Positions 1 through 9,813 of a stretch of DNA of 64,000 bases are shown piece after piece. This DNA comes from Bugula neritina (Eukaryota; Animalia; Bryozoa): NCBI GenBank assembly GCA_964035545.1, contig OZ037765.1, positions 17,856,995 through 17,920,994 of the forward strand. Direction: 5' to 3'. The position numbers were made by a program, and so were the translations under genes. A model generated the notes under the pieces. The model saw nothing but the letters and a program-made list of their open reading frames with translations. It did no database searches and was not told the origin of the DNA. Every line of letters starts with the position of its first letter. The stretch's first letter is position 1.

Positions 1-1775
1 CAATTTTCTGCTGAGTTGAAACAGACTGTAAATAACTTTCTAATATTTCTAACTTTCTCAATAATAGCAGTTCTTATTCTTTTCCTCAAACCAGCCGTAG
101 TCATACCTTCTACTTGTGGATAATCAACTGTTATGATCTTCTCCTTTACTGGACTGAATATTCGAGTAGCCAATGCTTTGCTTTCATTATCTATAAAGAT
201 ATTATATATAGCGAATGATGTATGCATATTAAACATAAGCTGAAAGACTTTATGTCTTTTATAACTTAATATCCACCTTTTAACTTCATTGAACCTTGAA
301 AATGGACAAACAATTTTAGCAATTAACAAGATTATATTAATCATTATTTTTAATTTAAAATTAAATTACGAGCTTTTTAAAAGCATGAAGATTTCAAGTT
401 TATTAAAAATAATCCTTAAAAAAAGATTACTTACCAACTTTGCAGTCAATTCCAGAAGCAGATTTTGAGTTGAAGACATTATTGTTGTTATTAATTGCGG
501 TGTGGTAACTGGTTGATGGAGCAGACAAAATTTCTATAAAAATAGAAATTTAAACAAGGTTATTGATGTTGGTGACATTATATTATTGTATTTGAATGTA
601 TATATGACATGTAATGCACTGACTATTTACTGAATATGACATACCATGATGTGTGTTTGGTTCTGGTACATCAAAATCTGATAAGTTGGCAATGTCGGAG
701 TTGTTGTTATTATTACCTGCGCAAAAGGGTACACATGAATTTACATCATGATTAATACGAGTATATAACACTATATATTGCTAAAATTATACTGTGAAAC
801 AATATTTCCATCTGCTAAACACATCAACTATTTTACTAGTGAATAAAAGGAGATTAAAGTCAATAAGTAATACTGTTTCTAAGTTTCACTCACCAATGCT
901 GTTAGGAGTTATCTCCTCCGCTACAATTGTTATGTCAGACTCAGAATCAAAGTCTCTCAGATCCCCCACATCTGCAATATATTCCATAGTCATAAATCAT
1001 GTATTATAAATAATAATACAATCAACACAGTTATTGCTAGAGCTAAGGTGGTCTAATAATTACTTTTATATATAGATCACAGCAAAGCATATTCGAAGTT
1101 GTGTTCTCACTATTTATGACAAGAACATAACAGCAACATGTACAAGTCAAACCTCATAATTTTTCATTCATATTATATGCATTTAATATAGAATCCAATA
1201 CAGTGCTGAAACTTACCATGAACAGCAACATAGTTGATGCCATCTGCTATTATGGTCATGTCATCATCATCAGCTTGTGTGTCAAAACTCAGATCTTCAT
1301 ATTGACTATCTCTGTTATAAGAATCAACTCATGGAATCATTATATAGAAACAAAACTGTTATACAGGACATTGTAATAATAATTTAGTGATAACTTAATA
1401 AATAATTGTGTATGTTTCAGGAAGGCTGTTATGTATACATGTTTGATGAAAGAATGTATCAATATGAAATATCATCGAGAATGACATTTTGCTATGCAGG
1501 AAGCTTTCTCTAACATACTAATAATTTTAAATATTTTTATTATGATAGATATTAAAGATAATTTTTCTGTTAGTCATTTGAAACAAGTATATTCAATTTA
1601 AATTAGTTGCTTAATTAACCAATTTAACTGTTAATATACTCTCTACACTGTGGATGGGTATTTATCAATACCGAAAATGCAAAACTTACAGAAAGATTGA
1701 CAGCATCTCACTATCTGTTGATGTTGGAGTTAAAGCACACCTGGAAGCATGACAACCACCATGAGAATCCATCAT
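1..1775 (-). CDS. Uncharacterised 6-exon protein, tandem copy A (stop codon probably cut by the window edge)
   Basis: Exons 1775-1690, 1311-1217, 971-894, 716-645, 533-435 and 190-1 are all GT-AG and phase-compatible. Translation: MMDSHGGCHASRCALTPTSTDSEMLSIFLDSQYEDLSFDTQADDDDMTIIADG...GLRKRIRTAIIEKVRNIRKLFTVCFNSAEN. In-frame stops lie just upstream of the ATG. Exon lengths are identical to copy B while the introns carry indels. Confidence 0.75.
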
Positions 1776-2419
1776 CACAAGTAAATACTAGATTTAGTGA
1801 GTATATTTTAGAGTTTCTGGTATGAAATTTGCAGTAACAGCTTTCTCAATTGCAAGTTGTACCAACAATGGCAGAGGACATTGCGTCAAATTTGATTGTT
1901 GAAAGTTATGTACAAATTCAAATAGTTTATCAAAACTTTTTTGTACTGGAGTTATCTTATCTAATAAATCACTGCCAGTTCATCGAATCACCATACTGTA
2001 GAACTCTTTGTTAGCTTCAGTAATTCTCTTATATCTATATTAACACGCACTTATTTAAAGTTTCACAATTGTATGATTGTGAGATGATTGTAAAATTGTG
2101 AATCTCATTATTATTTACATTTTATAGAAAAGATCATTGTATTTACAAGGTGTGCCCCTAGCCCACAAGACTTGACTAATGTACTATTTTAACTGCAACA
2201 ATCCAGCAGAGTTAACTAAACTTTCTACCATTAATGTAAAAATATTCACTAGAATAGTAGAATATAGCTTTAGGTACTAACTATGTTCAAAGTAGATGAA
2301 CACTTTAATAAATTGGAAAAATGGCTAATGCATGGTGAATTATTTACAGCATAAAAATATTGTGCACAGCAATTCAATAGTTATTGAGCTATGTTAAAAT
2401 GTTTACAACTGTATGCTAT

Positions 2420-2626
2420 AAAAAAGCTCACGCAAGTTTACAGTCGCTATCCCTGTGAGAAACTCCTGATGGAAAGGGTTCTTGTTAAATCGGGCTAAGG
2501 ACTTATTCAAATGGAGCACAGAAGCAATTATGACTGGATGCTTTTCACCAATGGCCTTTGTCGGGTTTCGAACACATGACTTCGCGTTCACTAAGCCAAC
2601 GCTCTAACCTCTAAAATACGGCTGCT
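2420..2626 (-). mobile_element. tRNA-derived SINE, family 1
   Basis: The minus strand begins GCAGCCGTATTTTAGAGGTTAGAGCG (A-box-like) and contains GTTCGAAACCC (B box). The body is shared with copies at 35403-35605 and 44651-45185. It is absent from the paralogous site in the right-hand duplicate. Confidence 0.8.
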
Positions 2627-2696
2627 GGTTTGAAACATAATTTTTAATAGGCTTACAGCTGCATGCTATAGCCTATTAAAAATTATGTTTTAAACC
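2627..2696. repeat. Inverted repeat, 27-bp arms (1 mismatch), 16-bp spacer
   Basis: ggtttgaaacataatttttaataggct ... agcctattaaaaattatgttttaaacc. Confidence 0.85.
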
Positions 2697-3147
2697 AAAC
2701 TAGAATAGTATTTTTTTATTATTATACATTAAATGTGCTTAAATGTATTCAAAAGGTATTCCATTTCTTTCATTAATTTGTATGTCAAAGTTGAGTTATG
2801 ACAAGCAATGCTTAATTTAATTTTATTATGATATATTATAAATAAAGTATATATATATAAATAATTCTGGTTTAAACTGTGCCTAAACTTATCAACAAGT
2901 CTTTAATTTTTTTCCTTCAATAATGCATGTCAAGGTTGAGTTGTGACGAAAATACAGTAGCTAATATTTGCAAGCTTTGTGAGTAAGTCAAATACACTTA
3001 AATAGAAGTAAAATATGGTAGCAAGACCTGTCCATGGCGGGCTTTATAAACATACAAGTTGGGACTTCCCTTTACAATAGTCAAACTATTAAAAGTAGTA
3101 TTCAAATGCAAAAATAGCTTTTATTTGAAAGGTGGGTTGCTATATTT

Positions 3148-3324
3148 CTATCTACTGCTAAATACAATACCATGTGGCAGAGGTTTATTGTTGATGCCAT
3201 CTGTCTTTCTGAGAGATGGTGTCATGTCTCCTTCGTAAGTTACAGAATACTTTTGCAGAATCCTGACTAAAAATAAGAAAATCTGTATTTTTCCCATAAA
3301 AAGAACCTATACAGTTTCTCTTAC
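3148..3324 (-). pseudogene. Isolated duplicate of the P450 terminal (heme-Cys) exon with a +1 frameshift
   Basis: The acceptor tttcag is intact, followed by GKRNCIGSF, one extra base in the A5 run at 3298-3302, then MGKIQIFLFLVRILQKYSVTYEGDMTPSLRKTDGINNKPLPHGIVFSSR*. It is paralogous to 9995-9814. No other P450 exons were found in 3330-6970. Confidence 0.85.
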
Positions 3325-4837
3325 CTGAAATAACAAAATTACAAAATTTTATGCAGTAATTTTACGGAAAATGAGGTGAATAATATGTTATGTGATAGTT
3401 TGAATCATTATTGCATGCAGCTCTGACTGGCTTAAACTATAATTAGATTAGTTTCTGTTGCACATACTAAAGCCACACCTTTCATTATGACGGAAGAACA
3501 TTCATCTTACATTACTAGTAAAATTTATGTGACTATACAAACAAGATTTGCATTTGTACTTATATCATATAATGTGCTTTGTAGATAGAAATAATAATTA
3601 TAAGTAAACTATATAAATATAATTGCTGACAAATGGTACATATTACAGTCACATATTGCAAAGTGTTGAATGTTTGTTAAATATTTTTGTAGATGTCACA
3701 CAAATTGAATTTGGAATTCGCATCAAGATTAACACAGATACGCAGATAAAACAAGACTATTGGAAGTGGTGGTCTCAATAAGTTGGTTAAAGAAGAAGCT
3801 CTTTAATACAAGCACACTGCTAGAATGCTTATTGGATAATCAAAATTCAGTGATAATGTATTAAGAGATAATTTTGACAAGTTATGTGTGCTTTAATAGT
3901 TATAGTTTTTTCTTGGCAGCATAATTATATAGCTATGATAATGTTGGATATTCTAATCTGTCAGAGGTTACAGATATTGCATATTATATTCTATCAGTGC
4001 ATCCTAGAGTGTTTTTTATTATTATTTATTTGCAACCTTGACTTATGTAAACCTATACAGGAGTTATCTCTTTTATATGTAAAATAGACCAAGTCATAAC
4101 CAGTTCAATAATATTATAAATATAATGATACTGACCATGAGTGAAAGTGAAGTGAAAAGCTATAGTTGCTGCTCACTAAACTAATATTAGCTGCCATGAC
4201 AGCTTGCAAGTATTTACAAAGAACCACTGTAAATAAGTGTTTGTGATGAAAAGAATTCTCCCAAATAAAAACATACTTATTTTTCATAGAAGAAATTAAT
4301 TAAAAAATAACAAAATTAAATTAAACATTAGTTAAGACTTAACCAAGATATTGTTGCTGGACTAACAGTAAATTGGCATTATTATACATTAAATAGAGAC
4401 AAATACTAAACTGCAGATAATAACTCATTAAATAACAATTAAATTAAATAATTTAATCTATTAAGATAAGAAGAAAGGTGCAAAACAAGTACCACTGTAC
4501 TAACAATAAAATGTAAAATTTGATAACTTCAGAACAATTAAGTGACGGTGCTTATTGTCTTACCACTCTTATGCATATATTCGTTTCATTGATTATAATG
4601 CTTACAAATAGAAAAACTCTTTATGTAAAAAGTCTGTTGAAAAGGATGTTGCTTATCTATAAGAGGAAACCAATTTTCAATTTTAAACATGCTGAAATAA
4701 ATCAGAAGATCAGCAACCTTTTATATCTTAAAGGCTAACACCATTGGAGCTAAAACAGTTAAATTTTTGACATAGAATAATGTTTATACTTTCTTTTTAT
4801 TGTAAGTCTAGCACCAAAACTTATCATTTCTAATATC

Positions 4838-4889
4838 TAATTTTAATTGGTTATCAATTCAATTCTTAATTGATAACCAATTAAAATTA
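4838..4889. repeat. Perfect inverted repeat, 22-bp arms, 8-bp spacer
   Basis: taattttaattggttatcaatt-caattctt-aattgataaccaattaaaatta. Confidence 0.85.
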
Positions 4890-5939
4890 TTCTGACAACC
4901 TATCTTTTGTTATGTCGCCAAAAGGTTCACAAAATCAAATAAATGCAATATAACTATATAAACATATAAATATGACGCTTGAAGTAAAAGCAATTGTGAA
5001 TAGTCAGATAAATGCAGTATAAATATTGTGTATAAAACAAAAGCCATATGGTACATTTATTATAAGAGACACTGACTCTACAACAGTTTCATCTTTCTAT
5101 GATAGCAAAAATACAATTAATTCATTATATAATTGTATTATAAAGTTTAACCTTTGAACTTTCAACTTAGCAATACAGCTGTGTGTTGCAGCAGCTTAGA
5201 ATAGCATGCAATGAGCAGAAGCAACAATCACTAAATTCATGTTATAATATACCACTGGTTTCAGAGCCAAAATGTCATCACTAAGCAATTAAATATCCCA
5301 AATTAATTCAAGACATGCTTGCACAAAATTTAATTTAAAACAAAACTTATATCTGGCCGTGCAAGCCTCTAACAGATATATAAGAGTATTTTAATATTGA
5401 TTATAAATAAAATGTAGCAGTGATTCTTTAATATCCCAGTGAACAATTTTTTAAAGAAGACAACTTCTTCTTCATTTTTCAGTGTTTTTAAGACAGTTCT
5501 ACTATAAAGTAGAGTTACTGAACCCAAACATAGTTTGTTGAAATAAATGAAGTCAGACATGGTTTATAAACAGGTTTATAGAATTGATTGTGGCATCATT
5601 TACAAATTTTTCTACCCATGCAATGACTTACAGAAGTCACATAAAGGATTTTTTCAATTTTGCTGGCCTTTTCCAAGTGTGGAGAAAGCTACTCTTTTAT
5701 ATACAATTTTTGAAAAATCAATACATAAAATGCAACCACTTTTTGTGATAGAGTGGCATTATATTTGCAAGTGCATGCTTAAAGATATGCAAACTTCACT
5801 AATTTGGCATTCATGTAGCTGAGATAGTGGGGGGGCACCTTATAAGCATATTAGCTGCTGCAGAGCATGCTAGCATATAATAAATTGCACCTCTTATTCT
5901 CTTACTAACTAACAATAGCATTTTTGATTTTTTAATTGC

Positions 5940-6044
5940 CTCAAACCAGCTGTAGTCATATCTTCTACTTGTAGATAATCAACTGTTATGATCTTCTCCG
6001 TTGCTGGACTGAATGTTTGAGTAGCCAATGCTTTGCTCTCATTA
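5940..6044 (-). pseudogene. Third, partial copy of the last exon of the orphan gene
   Basis: tcaaaccagctgtagtcatatcttctacttgtagataatcaactgttatgatcttctcc...gtagccaatgctttgctctcatta aligns to ~86-189 and ~7065-7168. It has no acceptor AG and is 3'-truncated. Confidence 0.85.
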
Positions 6045-6978
6045 GTTTATATATAAACAAGATAGGATTTAAGATTAAACCACTTTAATTATCATCTTAG
6101 TTTACTGAAACTCAAAAACAAAACTGAGGTACCATCAAGTGGCTTATATGTCAAAAGGGTAATAAATGTATAACCACTTTCACATTAAAAAAACTTGCAC
6201 AAGTTTATAGTTGTCATCCTTGTGGGTTGGGAACCCGTGATAAAAATAAAAAATAACTGGTTGATGGCAGAAGGCAACTCTGAATGATTTTGTTCTGAAA
6301 CAGTTTTAAAGTCAGAACTGAAAGCTAATATTTGCATGGATATAAACTTTACCAAAATGATTCGCCTCAAATGTGTGTAATAATTATATTTATAAAAGTA
6401 TTATGTATTGTACATCGCTTGCTATGCTATTTCTAACTAGAATGGTAATTAGGTCATACGTTTATGTGTTTGTTTAATTATTTTATAATATTGCATTATT
6501 TAAATATTATTGGTGTGACTTTCATGCCTAATTTTGGTATTATTCTTACATAATATAGGTGGTTGAGAATTATAGTTTTATATTAAGTTTATTTCTAGCT
6601 ATATAGTATTCTCAGGGTATGATTATAAATACTAGAGTACTATGTAGCATGAGTATTCAGGCATATGCTATAATAATATATTATATTTGCAAAAATCTAA
6701 TCTAAAAATTTATACAATATATCATATTTAATATGGCATATTATAGTTGCACGTAAGACAATATATCACATAGTATTTAAAAATAATTATTGCACATTAA
6801 AACATTTGTATACATGCAATTACAATAAATATAAGATAAAATACTGGATTGGCTTTAATAAAAATATCTTCAATAACGTTATATGTATATGTTTACATAA
6901 TGTAAAGGGTTTGAAGATACAGTGAGTATAGCATTTAGCAGATGACTACTATTATTATTCTATTGTCAAAAGTTTTTA

Positions 6979-8742
6979 TCAGTGTTTTGCTGAGTTGAAA
7001 CAGGCTGCAAATAACTTTCTAATATTTCTGACTTTCACAGTGATAGCATTTCTTATTCTTTTTCTCAAACGAGCTGTAGTCACACCTTCTACTTGTGGAT
7101 AATCAACTGTTATGACCTTCTCTTTTACTGAACTGAATGTTTGAGTAATCAATGCTTTGCTCTCATTATCTAAAGATATTAACAAGTGACGGATGCATAT
7201 TAAACATATGCTAAAAAAGTTTATATCTTTTATAACGTAATATTTGCTTTTTAACTACATTGAAATTATTACATTTGAACCATAACGAACTTTGAACATG
7301 GACAAACAATTTTAGCAAATAACATGATTATATTAATCATCATTTTTAATTTAATTAAATTACGAGCTTAAAAGCGTGAAGATTTCAATTGTTTATTAAA
7401 AATAATGCTTTAAAAAATATTACTTACCAACTTTGCAGTCAATTTCAGAAGCAGATTTTGAGTTGATGACATTATTGTTGTTATTAATTGCAGTATGGTA
7501 ACTGGTTGATGGAGCAGACAAAATTTCTATAAAAATAGAAATATAAACAAGGTTATTTATGTTGGTGACATTATATTATTGTATTTGAATGTATATATGA
7601 CATGTAATGCACTGACTATTTACTGAATATGACATACCATGATGTGTGTTTGGTTCTGGTACATCAAAATCTGATAAGTTGGCAATGTCAGAGTTGTTGC
7701 TATTATTACCTGCGCAAAAGGGTACACATGAATTTACATCATGGTTAATATATAACACTATATATTGTTAAAACTATACTGTGAAACAATATTTTCATCT
7801 GTTAAACACATCAACTATTTTACTAGTGAATAAAAGGAGATTAAAGTCAATAAGTAATACTGTTTCTAAGTTTCACTCACCAATGCTGTTAGGAGTTATC
7901 TCCTCCGCTACAATTGTTATGTCAGACTCTGAATCAAAGTCTCTCAGATCCCCCACATCTACAGCATATTTCATAGTCATAAATCATGTGTTACGAGTAG
8001 TGATACAATCATTACATAGTTATTGTTAGAGCTAAGATATGGTCCAATAATTACTTTTATATATAGATTACAGCAAATCATATTTGAAGTTGTGTTCTCA
8101 CTATTTATGGCGCGAACATAACAGCAACATGTACAAGTCAAACCTCACAATTTGTCATTCATATTATATGCATTTAATATAGAATCCAATACAGTGCTGT
8201 AATTCTTACCATGGACAGCAACATAGTTGATGCCATCTGCTATTATGGTCATGTCATCATCATCAGCTTGTGTGTGAAAGCTCAGATCTTCATATTGACT
8301 ATCTCTGCTATAAGAATCAACTTATGGAATCATTATATAGAAATAAAACTGCTGTATAACATTGTAATAATAATTCAGTGAGGATTTAATATAGAATTTA
8401 TACATGTTTGATGAAAGAATGTATCAATAAGAAATATCATCAAGAATAACATTATGTTATGCAGGAAGCTTTCTCTAACATACTTATAATTTCAAATATT
8501 TTTATTAAGATGAAAAATTACGAAAGTATCGCTGTTGTTCATTTGACACACTTATATTCAGCTTACAAACTTAAGGCATATTATACTGTTTACTCTGTGG
8601 ATTATTATTAAATACTAAATAGAGATGTTTTAATGTACTGGAAATGTAAGACTTACAGAAAGATTGACAGTATCTCACTATCTGTTGATGTTGAAGTGAA
8701 TGCAGAGCTAGAAGCATCACAACCACAATGAGAATCCATCAT
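6979..8742 (-). CDS. Uncharacterised 6-exon ~206 aa protein, tandem copy B (acidic N-half, basic C-terminal helix)
   Basis: Exons 8742-8657, 8304-8210, 7958-7881, 7709-7638, 7526-7428 and 7169-6979 total 621 nt and are open to TGA. All splice sites are conserved with copy A. Confidence 0.78.
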
Positions 8743-9813
8743 CACAAGTAAATATTAGATTAATTGAATATATTTTACAGTTTCTGATATGAAGTTTGCA
8801 GTAACAGCTTTCTCAATCGCAAGTTGTACCAACAATGGCATAAGACATTGCGTCAAAGTTGATTGTTGGAAGTTATGCGTACAAATTCAAATAGTTTAGT
8901 GAAACCTATTTTTTTCTGGAGTTATCTTAATTAATTAATAACTGGTGCTGCCAAAGTCAGACGTATAAGATTTCTCAAGTTCATCAAAAATCTATGTGGA
9001 ATTTTCTGCAAGTTTCAGAAGGTCTCCTATAGGCCATATATTAACAAGTACTCATTTGAAGTTTCAAAATCTGTTGATTGTGAGATGATTGTAAAATAAT
9101 AATGCGCATTATCATGTACATTTTAGAAGAGAGCACTGTATTTACAAGGTGTGTCCCTAGTCCACAACCAGACTTGGCTAATGAACTATTCTAACTGCAA
9201 GAAACCAGCGGCGTTAACTAAACTTTCTAAAAGCATTTCTTTGAATATTAAAATATTGTTTTAGTTACTAATTATGCTTAAAGTAAATGAATGCTTAAAA
9301 AAGTTAGAAAAGTAGTAATGAATATTCTACAGTATAACAATCATTGTTCGCAATAATTTGACAAATATAGCAGTTGAAATGCTTATAATTGCATGCTGCA
9401 GGCTAGAGAAAATTTTGTTTTGAGCTAGAAGTTAGCAATTTAATTTTATTGTAATATATATATATCTATATATATATTATAAAAAAACTATGCTGGTCTA
9501 AAAGTGTTAAGTGCAAATATTTTCTTTCTTTCAATATTATATATCAAGGTTGAGTTATAGCAAGCCCTGCAATGCTTCACTATTATAAACTGTGCAGTTA
9601 TTTATCTAGCCAAATTGTAGCAACTAACTGAAACTGGTACAGAAATATAATTAATTTTTGCAAGCTTTTCCAGCAAGTGTCAATTACATGATGATTGAAG
9701 TAAAATTTGGTTACAAGACTTATACACAAGTTGGGATTTCTCTTCACATTAGATAATATATTAAAAGTTTTATTCAAATGCAGAAATAGTATTCATTCAA
9801 ACAGTGGGTTAAG

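Noticed and set aside
794-1009. Plus-strand ORF repeated at 7781-8029
   Set aside because: It is the antisense shadow of orphan exon 3 and its intron, and is repeated only because of the duplication.
1846-1881. 11-codon uORF conserved in both orphan copies
   Set aside because: Conservation is expected from the recency of the duplication and there is no independent evidence.
3319-3330. Recursive-splicing-like CAG|GTAAGA junction (also TAG|GTAAGG at 11202)
   Set aside because: It is explained by Gly-Lys codons at a phase-1 exon start, and the introns are short.
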